From positions 1 to 60,720 of the forward strand of contig JABDGA010000003.1 in NCBI GenBank assembly GCA_013286285.1: a stretch of 60,720 bases of DNA, in the 5' to 3' direction. Shown one piece after another: positions 8,633 through 18,688 of the stretch (within the stretch, counting starts at the first letter, position 1; every line of letters starts with the position of its first letter). The position numbers were made by a program, and so were the translations under genes. A model generated the notes under the pieces. It was not told the DNA's origin. It did no database searches and worked only from the letters and a program-made list of their open reading frames with translations. Source of the stretch: Alphaproteobacteria bacterium (lineage in GTDB: Bacteria; Pseudomonadota; Alphaproteobacteria; Rickettsiales; JABCZZ01).

Positions 8633-10072
8633 ATGGCAATTGATACATCATTCATGAATGAAGTAGAGCTGTCCGAAAGAGTAGCTTCAAATTTAATAGA
8701 TCTTCATAGGTTAGCATCAGATAGACGCGTTCTCCCAATGTCCATGGCTCAAGCAATATCAGATTACTGGCCGAAGGAACTGCGCACCCCGGAATTCCAA
8801 ATTGCTTTAAATACCGCAATAATTGAAACTTTTAGAAGAGAAATCCAAGATGATATAGGTGAATTACGTGGAGAGCGAAGTAATCCGGATAGATCTATTT
8901 CAGACCGAATCCCTGCACATATAAGCGGTCTACAGAATGCCGCCGAGAGTTTAGGGTTAAATATTTCTGGATTACTCGAGTTATACCATCAGAATATGGA
9001 ATTATCGGTAACTACCTCGAATCTACAAAGGGCTGCCAACTTACAGCAGCAGATCGGCGAAACATCCGATCCCCAGGAAATTATGGCCCTCGCCGACCGT
9101 ATAAAGGAGCATATGGAGGTAGCAAAGTATGCGGAAGAGCCAATTGGCAATGTTGCTACTCTCATAGCAGATACTCAAACACAGCAAAATGCGATAAATG
9201 AACAAATCCTTGCTCAATGGCAGGGGATTACGCTGCCCAAAATAACGATGGCTGGTGTTGCAGAATCACTCCCGTCAGATAGAATAAGTGCCATAGCGCT
9301 TTATAGCGCACTTGGCAAGTTTAGCGATGTACCGGAGTTGCTGACGAACGAAATCAGAAGTGCGGCAGTCGCACAGACTACCCGGTTATTTGATGAAAAT
9401 AGGGCAGCGCTTGCAAGGGGTGCCGAACAAGGAAGGATAAGCGAGATAGACAATCATTTCACTGCATGCGAACAATTGGTTCACGCAGCACAAACAGCAG
9501 GGCTCACAGATGTGGCGGCAGCCCAAGATATTGACGCCGCCAGATGGGCAGCTTGTGTCGGATACGAAACGGGAACTCGTAATAGTCTTGCCTCAGTAAA
9601 TCCTAGCGAACACGTTGGTCACAACCACGCTCTTCTTTGCAGCATAATTCCAAATCGTATTACAAGAGCCGTTGAACTTGGCATGCCGGAGGAACGTGCG
9701 CAGAACCTCAGGGCAGCACTTCAAACTGCATGTGTTGAGGAAATTCGTAAGGATTTTGAATTGGTAAATTCCGGGCATCATCATCAACTTCATGATTTTC
9801 TTATTGCCAATAAAATTCCAGATTGCATCTCAACCGCAGCAACATGCGGTCTGCCAGAAGAAACGGTGCAAAGACTCAGGGCAGACCTTCAAGCCACCGC
9901 TCAAGCACATGGACTTTCTGACGAGCAGCACGGCCACCACCACAAGCTTTTTGCTGAGGTCCGACATCTTTTAGAACAAGTTGTTCACTTACCAGAGATG
10001 GCTATCCGTACCTTTGGAGGAAGAACGACCAATCACCAACAGCAGTCAGAAAACGAAGTATCGCACAGATAA
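8633..10072 (+). CDS. Hypothetical protein, 479 aa, with an internal ~55-aa tandem repeat and His clusters
   Basis: An aggagc RBS-like sequence precedes ATG 8633. The repeat is GMPEERAQNLRAALQTA...SGHHHQLHDF versus GLPEETVQRLRADLQATA...HGHHHKLFAEV. I recognise no family. Confidence 0.6.
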   Translation: MAIDTSFMNEVELSERVASNLIDLHRLASDRRVLPMSMAQAISDYWPKELRTPEFQIALNTAIIETFRREIQDDIGELRGERSNPDRSISDRIPAHISGLQNAAESLGLNISGLLELYHQNMELSVTTSNLQRAANLQQQIGETSDPQEIMALADRIKEHMEVAKYAEEPIGNVATLIADTQTQQNAINEQILAQWQGITLPKITMAGVAESLPSDRISAIALYSALGKFSDVPELLTNEIRSAAVAQTTRLFDENRAALARGAEQGRISEIDNHFTACEQLVHAAQTAGLTDVAAAQDIDAARWAACVGYETGTRNSLASVNPSEHVGHNHALLCSIIPNRITRAVELGMPEERAQNLRAALQTACVEEIRKDFELVNSGHHHQLHDFLIANKIPDCISTAATCGLPEETVQRLRADLQATAQAHGLSDEQHGHHHKLFAEVRHLLEQVVHLPEMAIRTFGGRTTNHQQQSENEVSHR

Positions 10073-10106
10073 ACTGCTCGCTAGGCTACATACATATACC
10101 CTTAAA

Positions 10107-10898
10107 TCAAGAAACCTTCTTGATAAGATAAGATAGCAGCCCATGCAGCACGGGTTGCAGCTCCCTTGCCTTTATCTCGTCGTAGGTAAAAGGATAGTCT
10201 TCCGCCATGTAATGCTTCTGCGCCAACTCTAACTGCACTGCATGCACGCCCTGCGCTGGGTTGCCGTAATGGCGGGTGATATAGCCACCCTTGAAACGCC
10301 CGTTATAGGCTACGGAATAACGACTACGCTTTGCCTGCGCCACAAGCCGCTCGCTTAACCCCGCATCGGCAGAAGCGCCGTCCGCCGTACCGATATTGAG
10401 ATCGGGTAATACCCCCTCAAAAAGCATGGACACCTGAGAACGGATCGAATGGGCATCGAACAGGATGATTTTTCCATGTTTTTCCCTGAGCGTATCCAGA
10501 ACCGACTGCAGCTTATCGTGATAGGGCTGCCAGTACTGCAAAACGCGCTGCTCTATTTCCTCTGCATCCGGTTCCTCCCCCTGCCGGTAGACCGACGTGC
10601 CGTCAAACAGCATGAGCGGGCACAGGCCGGTGGTGAACTTTCCGGGATAGAGCGATGCATTATCCTTACTGCGATTCAAATCCACGACGTAGCGCGAGTG
10701 GGTAGCCACGATCATATGCACGCCAAGCTGGCGCGCAAACGCATAGAGGCGTTCCACATGCCAGTCCGTATCCGGAAGCATCCGCGCAGGTTCGGTAAAC
10801 CGTTCACGGATGTTCCCAGGCACATGCGTCGCCACATGCGGGATGCTGACCAGCACCGGAACCTTGCCTGCAAGGTAAATATACGGCTCAGTTGACAT
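10107..10898 (-). CDS. hutG: N-formylglutamate amidohydrolase
   Basis: 263 aa. VPVLVSIPHVATHVP...DTDWHVERLY...SRYVVDLNR...DAHS matches the FGase family. It sits in hut context. Confidence 0.9.
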   Translation of the reverse strand: MSTEPYIYLAGKVPVLVSIPHVATHVPGNIRERFTEPARMLPDTDWHVERLYAFARQLGVHMIVATHSRYVVDLNRSKDNASLYPGKFTTGLCPLMLFDGTSVYRQGEEPDAEEIEQRVLQYWQPYHDKLQSVLDTLREKHGKIILFDAHSIRSQVSMLFEGVLPDLNIGTADGASADAGLSERLVAQAKRSRYSVAYNGRFKGGYITRHYGNPAQGVHAVQLELAQKHYMAEDYPFTYDEIKARELQPVLHGLLSYLIKKVS

Positions 10899-10926
10899 AG
10901 CCTTATTCTAGCTCTATCCCAAATAT

Positions 10927-12603
10927 ATGGCAATTCCTGAACGTAAATCTACGAACAGCCGTGTCATAAAAACACCGCACGGCACCAACCTCACTGCCAA
11001 AAGCTGGCTCACCGAGGCACCGCTGCGCATGCTGATGAATAATCTCGACCCGGAAGTAGCCGAGAATCCCGACGAGCTTATCGTATATGGCGGCATCGGC
11101 AAGGCGGCGCGCAACTGGGAATGTTTCGACCGCATCGTGGAAACGCTCACCCATCTCGCTGCGGACGAAACGCTGCTCGTGCAATCCGGCAAGCCGGTCG
11201 GGGTATTCAAGACCCATGCCGATGCGCCGCGTGTGCTCATCGCCAACTCCAACCTCGTGCCGCACTGGGCGACGTGGGATCATTTCCGCGAACTCGACCG
11301 CAAGGGGCTGATGATGTACGGCCAGATGACGGCCGGATCGTGGATCTATATCGGCAGCCAGGGCATTGTGCAGGGTACGTATGAAACCTTCGTGGAGATG
11401 GGACGCAGGCATTTTGGCGGCGACCTTTCCGGCAAATGGATACTGACCGGGGGCCTGGGCGGCATGGGCGGCGCGCAGCCGCTCGCGGCGACGATGGCCG
11501 GAGCGTCCATGCTGGCGGTGGAGTGCGACATCAGCCGCATACGCAAGCGCCTTGACACAAAATACCTCAATCACATGTCAGTGAACCTTAATGAAGCGCT
11601 TATGCTGATTCAGGAAGCACATAAAAATAAGAAAGCGATTTCGGTTGGACTGCTCGGCAATGCCGCTGAGATTTTCCCGGAACTGTTGAAACGCGGCATC
11701 CGCCCCGACATGGTAACCGATCAGACCAGCGCGCATGATCCGCTCAACGGCTATCTCCCAGCAGGCATGACATTGGCGGAAGCCGCCACCCTACGCCAGC
11801 GTGATCCGAAGGCGCTGGAGAAACGCGCGCGCGAATCCATCGCGCAGCAGGTGCGCGCCATGCTCGATTTCTACAAGCAGAAGATTCCGGTGGTGGATTA
11901 CGGCAATAACATCCGGCAGGTGGCCAGTGAGGAAGGCGTCAAAAACGCCTTCGATTTCCCCGGTTTTGTCCCGGCCTATATCCGCCCGCTGTTCTGCCGC
12001 GGCATCGGCCCGTTTCGCTGGGCGGCGCTTTCGGGTGACAAAGAAGATATTTACAAAACCGACGCCAAAGTAAAGGAACTCATTCCCGATGATCCGCATC
12101 TGCACCGCTGGCTCGATATGGCACGGGAGAAGATCGCGTTTCAGGGCCTGCCCGCACGCATCTGCTGGGTAGGCTTAGGGGAACGTGCAAAATTAGGATT
12201 AGCGTTTAATGAAATGGTCGCCTCCGGTGAGTTAAGTGCCCCGGTAGTCGTTGGCCGCGATCACCTCGATTCTGGCTCCGTCGCCAGCCCTAACCGCGAA
12301 ACCGAAGCAATGCAAGACGGCTCTGACGCCGTCTCTGACTGGCCGCTGCTCAACGCATTGCTCAACTGCGCCAGCGGCGCCACCTGGGTAAGCCTGCATC
12401 ACGGCGGTGGCGTCGGCATGGGCTTCTCGCAGCATGCCGGCATGGTTATCGTGGCCGACGGCACGAAGGAAGCCGCCAAACGCATAGAACGTGTTCTCAC
12501 CAACGACCCCGCCTCCGGCGTCATGCGCCACGCCGATGCCGGCTACGATATCGCTATCGAATGCGCGAAGAAGAATGGATTGAAGCTGCCGATGGTAGAT
12601 TAA
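10927..12603 (+). CDS. hutU: Urocanate hydratase
   Basis: 558 aa, with typical urocanase sequence throughout ([40 protein letters not shown]). Confidence 0.97.
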   Translation: MAIPERKSTNSRVIKTPHGTNLTAKSWLTEAPLRMLMNNLDPEVAENPDELIVYGGIGKAARNWECFDRIVETLTHLAADETLLVQSGKPVGVFKTHADAPRVLIANSNLVPHWATWDHFRELDRKGLMMYGQMTAGSWIYIGSQGIVQGTYETFVEMGRRHFGGDLSGKWILTGGLGGMGGAQPLAATMAGASMLAVECDISRIRKRLDTKYLNHMSVNLNEALMLIQEAHKNKKAISVGLLGNAAEIFPELLKRGIRPDMVTDQTSAHDPLNGYLPAGMTLAEAATLRQRDPKALEKRARESIAQQVRAMLDFYKQKIPVVDYGNNIRQVASEEGVKNAFDFPGFVPAYIRPLFCRGIGPFRWAALSGDKEDIYKTDAKVKELIPDDPHLHRWLDMAREKIAFQGLPARICWVGLGERAKLGLAFNEMVASGELSAPVVVGRDHLDSGSVASPNRETEAMQDGSDAVSDWPLLNALLNCASGATWVSLHHGGGVGMGFSQHAGMVIVADGTKEAAKRIERVLTNDPASGVMRHADAGYDIAIECAKKNGLKLPMVD

Positions 12604-12609
12604 AAATAC

Positions 12610-12638
12610 TTGCAACCCGACACGTATCGAGTTACAAT
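12610..12638 (+). promoter_or_regulatory. Near-consensus sigma70-type promoter for higBA
   Basis: TTGCAA (12610-12615), an exact 17-nt spacer, then TACAAT (12633-12638). The higB ATG at 12644 lies only 5 nt after the -10 box and has no SD, which implies a leaderless or near-leaderless mRNA. Confidence 0.5.
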
Positions 12639-12643
12639 AGATT

Positions 12644-12922
12644 ATGATTGTTAGCATCCGGCATAAGGGACTTGCCGACCTATACTGGAAAAACGAGAGT
12701 AAAGGGATTCTGCAATCCCTCGTGAAGCGCCTACGGCAAGTACTGGCTTTGCTTGAAACTGCGAAAACGGTTGAGGATATGAATATACCGGGCTTAAGAC
12801 TGCATCCGCTGAAAGGCGACATGAAAGGATTTTACAGCATGAATGTTTCAGGCAACTGGAGGGTAGTTTTTCGCTTTGTAAACGGCGATGTGCTGGATGT
12901 GAACCTGATAGACTACCACTGA
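12644..12922 (+). CDS. higB: HigB-type toxin (plasmid maintenance killer, RelE/ParE superfamily)
   Basis: 92 aa. [10 protein letters not shown]...[40 protein letters not shown] is the characteristic HigB/killer-protein pattern. Confidence 0.9.
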   Translation: MIVSIRHKGLADLYWKNESKGILQSLVKRLRQVLALLETAKTVEDMNIPGLRLHPLKGDMKGFYSMNVSGNWRVVFRFVNGDVLDVNLIDYH

Positions 12923-12935
12923 AAGGAGTATAAAT

Positions 12936-13229
12936 ATGGCAATGAAAAACCCACCACATCCCGGCGAAATAATACGCGATCTATGCATCGCCCCTCTAGG
13001 TCTGACTGTAACGCAGGCCGCAGAAGGGCTTGGCGTTACCCGCAAAACCTTATCACTGCTGCTCAACCAGAAGGCAGGCATCTCTGCGGAAATGGCAATA
13101 AGGCTTTCCAAAGCCTTTGGCCGCAGCCCTGAAAGCTGGCTTAGCCTTCAGTCACTTTATGACTTGGCTCAGCTTTCCAAAAAGTTCGCCAAAATCAAGG
13201 TCACGCCTTTTATGGAACAGCACGTATAA
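12936..13229 (+). CDS. higA: HigA-type antitoxin (XRE-family HTH)
   Basis: 97 aa. [70 protein letters not shown] is the canonical HigA/VapI pattern. It starts 13 nt after higB. Confidence 0.9.
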   Translation: MAMKNPPHPGEIIRDLCIAPLGLTVTQAAEGLGVTRKTLSLLLNQKAGISAEMAIRLSKAFGRSPESWLSLQSLYDLAQLSKKFAKIKVTPFMEQHV

Positions 13230-13230
13230 A

Positions 13231-14763
13231 CTACCCCAGCAGCTCCCCACTCTTCACCAGCGCATGCACCGCTTCGATGTCCGGCGCCAGGATGCGGTCT
13301 TCGCTCAGGTAATCCACGCGCTTACGGATGGTAGCTTTGACGGCTTCGAGTTTTTTAGACGTTTTAAGGGGCTTAAGCATATCCAGCGCCTGGGCGGCGA
13401 CGAGCAGTTCTATCGCCAGCACATAGCGCACCTGCCTGGCGATCTGCAACGCCTTAAGCCCCGCTCCCGGCCCCATGGATACGTGGTCTTCCTGATCGTT
13501 GTTGGTGGGAATGGAATCGACGCTTGCGGGGAAGCACAGTGTCTTGCATTCGCTCGCCAGCGCCGCCGCCGTCACCTGTATCATCATGAAGCCGGAATTC
13601 AGCCCCCCATCCTTGACAAGGAATGTCGGCAGGCCGCTTTTTTCCGTGCGCATGGCGGTGTTGACGCGGCGCTCGGAAATCGTGGCAAGCGTGGTGATTG
13701 CCGCGCCCAGCCGGTCACAGACCCGCGCCGGATAGATGGCGTGGAAATTGCCGCCATGGATGACAAGGTTCCGGTCAGGAAACAGCAGCGGGTTATCGGT
13801 GGTGGCATTGATTTCGCGCTCGATAATCGCCTTCGTCTGCTCCAACTCGTCCCACACCATGCCATGCACCTGCGGCGCGCAGCGCAACGAATAGGAATCC
13901 TGTACCCTGCCGCAATCCACATGGCTCTTCGATACCTGCGTTTCCCCGCCAATCCATTGCGCGATTTCATGACCGCAGGCAAGCGTGCCTGCCTGCCGCT
14001 GCTCACGCAGCAGGATTTCATCTGTAATATGGTGCGACGCACGCAGTGCTTCAATGCTCATGGCGGTGGCAAGGTTGGCCGTGGAGAGCAACTGCTTCGC
14101 CTCATGCCACAGCGTCACTGCGAATGCCGCTGTCAACTGCGTACCGTTGATAAGGCATAACCCTTCCTTGGGGCCAAGCGCCAGGGGCTTTATGCCCGCT
14201 TTCTGCAACGCAGCGGCTGCGTTCATACGGACAAAGCCATTTCCCTGCGGCACCGTGCATTCGCCTTCCCCCAGCGTCGCCAGCACCGCATGGGCCGTGG
14301 GCGCCAGATCGCCGGAAGCGCCGACGCTGCCGCGTGCAGGCACACAGGCGAGTATCCCGGCTTCCAGCATCCGGGCAATGGCTTTGAGCTTCGCAAGCGC
14401 CAGTCCGCGATGGCCGCGACATACGGAGTTGAGCAGGATAATCCACAGCATCAGCACCTGATCGCGCGGCAACTCCTCCCCTACCCCGCAAGCATGGGAG
14501 CGGATGATATTATGCTGGAGCGCCTCTATCTTATCGGGCGCAATGCGCGTCTTGGCAAAATACCCGAACCCGGTATTCATGCCGTATACCGTATCGCCGC
14601 TGGTGGCCAGTTCATGGACAAACGCTTCGGCGGCGCTGGCACGTTTTTCCGCTTTCTTATCTATATTTATGCGGATACGCGCTTTGGGATCGAGCACACT
14701 GCGCGCAAAGTTCCACAATGTTTCTATCGTCAGATCTTCACCGCTTAATGTTATTTCCTGCAT
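13231..14763 (-). CDS. hutH: Histidine ammonia-lyase
   Basis: The start is placed at ATG 14763 (MQEITLSGEDLTIE). The listed start at 14850 would overlap hutI. The MIO-forming ASG triplet lies in GSVGASGDLAP. The sequence looks like HAL throughout. Confidence 0.95.
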   Translation of the reverse strand: MQEITLSGEDLTIETLWNFARSVLDPKARIRINIDKKAEKRASAAEAFVHELATSGDTVYGMNTGFGYFAKTRIAPDKIEALQHNIIRSHACGVGEELPRDQVLMLWIILLNSVCRGHRGLALAKLKAIARMLEAGILACVPARGSVGASGDLAPTAHAVLATLGEGECTVPQGNGFVRMNAAAALQKAGIKPLALGPKEGLCLINGTQLTAAFAVTLWHEAKQLLSTANLATAMSIEALRASHHITDEILLREQRQAGTLACGHEIAQWIGGETQVSKSHVDCGRVQDSYSLRCAPQVHGMVWDELEQTKAIIEREINATTDNPLLFPDRNLVIHGGNFHAIYPARVCDRLGAAITTLATISERRVNTAMRTEKSGLPTFLVKDGGLNSGFMMIQVTAAALASECKTLCFPASVDSIPTNNDQEDHVSMGPGAGLKALQIARQVRYVLAIELLVAAQALDMLKPLKTSKKLEAVKATIRKRVDYLSEDRILAPDIEAVHALVKSGELLG

Positions 14764-14764
14764 A

Positions 14765-16021
14765 TTATACTGCCCTGTATATACCTTGCCTGATGACCCC
14801 GATGCATGGGTTATAGCCGATGTTATAGGCCAGATCCTGCGGGTGGGCAATATCCCACAGCGCCATGTCGGCAGTTTTGCCCTCCCCTAGTGTCCCCACC
14901 TGCGCCTCCATGCCCAGCGCCTGTGCGGCATAGCGCGTCACCCCGGCCAGCGCTTCTTCCGGCGTCAGCCCGAACAGCATGCACCCCATGTTCAGCATAA
15001 GCAGGAGGCTGGCTGCAGGCGACGTGCCGGGATTGGAATCGGACGCTAAAGCTATGGGCACACGATACTTGCGCAAGAGATCCACCGGCGGCTTCTGCGT
15101 TTCCCGCAGCATGTAAAACGCCCCCGGCAGCAAGACGGCGACCGTTCCCGCCTTTGCCATGGCCTGAATACCCGCTTCCGAAGTATACTCCAGGTGATCC
15201 GCCGACAGCGCCTTATAGCGCGCTGCCAGTTCGGCGCTGCCCAGATCGGAAAGCTGACCTGCATGCAGCTTGACCGCAAGCTTATGCTGTTTGGCAGCCT
15301 CGAATATGCTTTCTATCTGCTGAGGTGAAAAGGCAATCCCTTCACAAAACCCATCCACCGCATCGGCAAGCTTTTCCGCCGCAATGGCAGGAATCATCTT
15401 CCGGCAGACCAACGCTACATAGCCATCGGCATCGTCTTTATATTCCGGCGGCACGCTATGCGCCCCCAGAAATGTCGTGCGCACGCTGACGGGATAGAGT
15501 TCTCCCAGCTTGCGCGCAACGCGCAGCATCTTCATTTCGCTTTCCATATCCAGCCCATAACCGGATTTTATCTCGATCGTGGTCACGCCTTCCCCAAGAA
15601 AGGATTGCAGGCGCTTTGCGCTCACGGCAAGCAGCTCCTCCTCGCTTGCGGCACGCGTGGCGCGGACGGTGGAAAGAATGCCGCCGCCTGCCGCCGCAAT
15701 CTCCGCATAGGATGCTCCTTGCAGGCGCAGGGCAAATTCTTCAGCGCGGTTGCCCGCATAGACCAAGTGCGTATGGCAGTCTATCAGACCCGGCGTAAGC
15801 CAAGCGGACTGTGCATCATGCACCTCGTTTGCCAGTTGTTCAGGCTTGCCGGGCAACCGCTCCGCCGCCCCCACCCATGCGATGCGGCCATTCTTGATAC
15901 CAACCGCACCCTGCTGGATGATGCCATAGTTCTCCTCTGCCATCGTCGCAAGACGGACGTTAATCCAGACCGCATCCCATCCGTGATGTTTTTGCCCGTG
16001 ATATTTTTGATTGTCCGCCAC
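14765..16021 (-). CDS. hutI: Imidazolonepropionase
   Basis: 418 aa amidohydrolase-fold protein with [16 protein letters not shown] and the HutI pattern. Its stop lies 1 nt from the hutH start. Confidence 0.95.
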   Translation of the reverse strand: MADNQKYHGQKHHGWDAVWINVRLATMAEENYGIIQQGAVGIKNGRIAWVGAAERLPGKPEQLANEVHDAQSAWLTPGLIDCHTHLVYAGNRAEEFALRLQGASYAEIAAAGGGILSTVRATRAASEEELLAVSAKRLQSFLGEGVTTIEIKSGYGLDMESEMKMLRVARKLGELYPVSVRTTFLGAHSVPPEYKDDADGYVALVCRKMIPAIAAEKLADAVDGFCEGIAFSPQQIESIFEAAKQHKLAVKLHAGQLSDLGSAELAARYKALSADHLEYTSEAGIQAMAKAGTVAVLLPGAFYMLRETQKPPVDLLRKYRVPIALASDSNPGTSPAASLLLMLNMGCMLFGLTPEEALAGVTRYAAQALGMEAQVGTLGEGKTADMALWDIAHPQDLAYNIGYNPCIGVIRQGIYRAV

Positions 16022-16066
16022 ATTTCTCTCCGATACATTTAGAGCATAAAAGGGAGACTACAACCC

Positions 16067-17458
16067 ATGCAATGGAAAAGATATACGTCATTATTCGCCC
16101 GCAAGGCGCTCACCGCCCATGGCTGGCAACGGGACGTGGAAATACGGATCGATCCCCAAGGCTTCATCAGTGGCATCACCGCTCATGCTTCCCTCTCCAG
16201 GGAGACACCCGCCTTCGATCTGCTGCTGCCCGGCATGGCGAATGTCCATTCACACGCTTTCCAGCGTGCCATGGCGGGACTGACGGAATTCTCCTCCGGC
16301 AGCGGCAGGGATAATTTCTGGAGCTGGCGCGAAGTGATGTACCGCTTTACCCGCACGCTTACGCCGGAACATATGGAGATTATCGCCCGCGCCTTCTACA
16401 TTGAATTGCTCAAATGCGGCTATACTTCCGTGGGTGAATTCCACTACATCCATAACGATGCGGAAGGAAAACCCTATGCCGCCATCACGGAGCTTTCCGA
16501 CCGGATCATCGCAGGCGCGCAAGCAGCGGGTATTTACCTGACACACCTGCCGGTCATGTATGAAACCGGCAACTTCGGCGGCTCGGCGCCCAATGAAGGG
16601 CAGAAACGTTTCCTGCATCGCGTGGACAGCTATCTTGGATTGCTGGAAACCTTGCAGAAACGCTACAGCGCATCACCGGATATGACGTTCGGCATTGCCC
16701 CGCATTCCCTGCGCGCAGTAACGCCTGGCACGCTTTCAACAATCCTTACCGCGCTTCCCGGACTTGGACTTAAGGATTGCCCTATCCACATGCACGTAGC
16801 CGAACAGGAAAAAGAGGTAGCCGATTGCCTGGCATGGAGTGGACAGCGGCCAGTAGAATGGCTGATGAAGCATTACGATGTAGATACACGCTGGTGCCTG
16901 ATTCATGCCACGCACATGACGGAAAGTGAAACCAAAGCGGTCGCTGCAAGCATGGCAACCGTGGGATTATGCCCTTCCACTGAAGCCAATCTTGGCGACG
17001 GCATTTTTCCAGCGGAACGCTATTTGCAGGCAGGCGGGTGTTTAGGCATCGGCTCGGACAGCAATGTATGCATTTCACCGTGGGAAGAATTGCGCCTCAT
17101 GGAATATGCGCAGCGCCTGTCCACCCGCAGGCGTACTGTATTGTGCACGGAAGCAATGCCTTCCGTAGGCCGTACGTTGTTTGAGCGTGCGGCCCAAGGC
17201 GGAGCCCAAGCGCTCGGCATCCCTTCCGGCGCAATAGCCATAGGAAAACGCGCCGATCTGATAGCGGTTGGCCTCAATCACCCGCTATTGGCGGATAAAG
17301 AAAATGATGCGATCCTCGATACACTGATATTTGCTACCGCCCCCGTTATTACGGATGTATTTATCGCCGGAAAAAGAGTCGTCGAGAACGGCTCTCATCC
17401 CCAGGAAAACGAAAGCGCAACCGCGCTGCGCAACGTAATACGCATGGGCAATTATTAA
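16067..17458 (+). CDS. hutF: Formimidoylglutamate deiminase
   Basis: 463 aa amidohydrolase protein (LPGMANVHSHAFQRAMAG, HMHVAEQ). Together with hutG this indicates the five-step Hut route. Confidence 0.85.
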   Translation: MQWKRYTSLFARKALTAHGWQRDVEIRIDPQGFISGITAHASLSRETPAFDLLLPGMANVHSHAFQRAMAGLTEFSSGSGRDNFWSWREVMYRFTRTLTPEHMEIIARAFYIELLKCGYTSVGEFHYIHNDAEGKPYAAITELSDRIIAGAQAAGIYLTHLPVMYETGNFGGSAPNEGQKRFLHRVDSYLGLLETLQKRYSASPDMTFGIAPHSLRAVTPGTLSTILTALPGLGLKDCPIHMHVAEQEKEVADCLAWSGQRPVEWLMKHYDVDTRWCLIHATHMTESETKAVAASMATVGLCPSTEANLGDGIFPAERYLQAGGCLGIGSDSNVCISPWEELRLMEYAQRLSTRRRTVLCTEAMPSVGRTLFERAAQGGAQALGIPSGAIAIGKRADLIAVGLNHPLLADKENDAILDTLIFATAPVITDVFIAGKRVVENGSHPQENESATALRNVIRMGNY

Positions 17459-17556
17459 AGTTTACCCCTCCCTTATCCCCCGTAGCCTTGCTTCTTATAT
17501 ATTCCTTATGGAATAGGCGTTACCTTTTTAAGAATAATCAGCAAGGAGAAGGATAC

Positions 17557-17988
17557 ATGAAAGCAACGGTTCAAAGCGTTATGAAATATAATCCGGAAGT
17601 CATCTCCCCTGAGAACACACTGAAGGAAGCCGCACAGAAAATGGCGAAAATAGGTTGCGGCGTATTGCCGGTGGCCACAAAAGAGACTCCTCTGGGCGTG
17701 ATTACGGATCGGGATATCGTTATTCGTGCACTGGCAAAAGGAAAAGATGTCGCCACAGAGAAAGTACGGGATTACATGACATCCGACGTATTTTTCTGCG
17801 AGGCGGAAGATACGCTGGAAGAGGCGGCGGAGCAGATGCACACCAATCATGTCAGCCGTCTGGTAGTAATAGACAGCGGCGGAAAAATATCCGGAATATT
17901 GTCGTTCGGATGCATCTTAAGGAAACACCCGGACTTGCAGGAAATCACCAGTATCGTCAGTTGCGCCGTCGGTAAAAAAGCCGCGTAA
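17557..17988 (+). CDS. CBS-domain pair protein
   Basis: The start is set at ATG 17557, preceded by aaggagaa. There are two CBS motifs (VISPENTLKEAAQKMAKIGCGVLPV; FCEAEDTLEEAAEQMHTNHVSRLVVID). Confidence 0.85.
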   Translation: MKATVQSVMKYNPEVISPENTLKEAAQKMAKIGCGVLPVATKETPLGVITDRDIVIRALAKGKDVATEKVRDYMTSDVFFCEAEDTLEEAAEQMHTNHVSRLVVIDSGGKISGILSFGCILRKHPDLQEITSIVSCAVGKKAA

Positions 17989-18029
17989 GCGTATACCCGC
18001 ATATGGCTAAAAAATAAAGGAGATGGGTT

Positions 18030-18680
18030 ATGAATCGTATCACCGCACTTGCCGTCACAGGCGCTGCTGTATGTTATGCGTACGGTGTAGGCGCAACGGG
18101 CGGAGAATTACTGGTCCGTAACCTTCCCGATAAAGGGAACGTCACTGTCTCCGGGCAGGTCAAGGACATGGGCAGTAACCGGGAATTTACCTTAAGCGAT
18201 GAGAGCGGAACGATTAAGGTCAGCATTCCTGCAGATGAATCCGTGGTCATGAAAAATGGTGATAAGGTAACAGTCAGCGGAACCGTGGATAGCAGCTTTT
18301 TCGGACTGATCGGGAAACATATTGACGCCTCTTTAGTGGAGGTGAACAAAAATCCCGGGGAGGCAATGTCCGACAGCTTACGAAAAGATACGGGAATATC
18401 CGTGGATCAAGCCAAAACGGAACAGATCTCCCATCTCTCCAGCCAAGGGATGGTAAAGCTTTCCGGCACGGTAGCGGATGTTATCGGCCCGAAAAGCTTT
18501 ACGCTGGAAGACGGTACGGGAGCCATCACCATCAACATGCAGTCGGATGAAAACCTTGCCCTTGCCAAAGGCGCCAAGGTAACGCTGGTTGGGTATGTGG
18601 AAGAAGGAATGCTAGGTAAAGACATACGCGCCACCCATGTCATCATCACCAGCGCCGACCAGCCACACGCACAGAATTAA
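18030..18680 (+). CDS. Secreted tandem OB-fold protein (YgiW/BOF-like, duplicated)
   Basis: It has a signal peptide and two similar halves (NVTVSGQVKDMGSNREFTLSDESGTIKVSI...KVTVSGTVD and VKLSGTVADVIGPKSFTLEDGTGAITINM...KVTLVGYVE). This pattern is typical of BOF/YgiW OB folds. Confidence 0.55.
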   Translation: MNRITALAVTGAAVCYAYGVGATGGELLVRNLPDKGNVTVSGQVKDMGSNREFTLSDESGTIKVSIPADESVVMKNGDKVTVSGTVDSSFFGLIGKHIDASLVEVNKNPGEAMSDSLRKDTGISVDQAKTEQISHLSSQGMVKLSGTVADVIGPKSFTLEDGTGAITINMQSDENLALAKGAKVTLVGYVEEGMLGKDIRATHVIITSADQPHAQN

Positions 18681-18688
18681 GCAGCAAT

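Noticed and set aside
13117-14160. 347-aa plus-strand ORF
   Set aside because: It lies entirely antisense to the clearly recognisable hutH gene. Its Arg/His/Gln-rich composition is typical of a shadow ORF. It shows no family resemblance.
14764-14850. N-terminal 29-codon extension of hutH (listed start at 14850)
   Set aside because: The extension would overlap the hutI 3' end and is not HAL-like. ATG 14763 gives the usual N-terminus and a 1-nt gap to the hutI stop.
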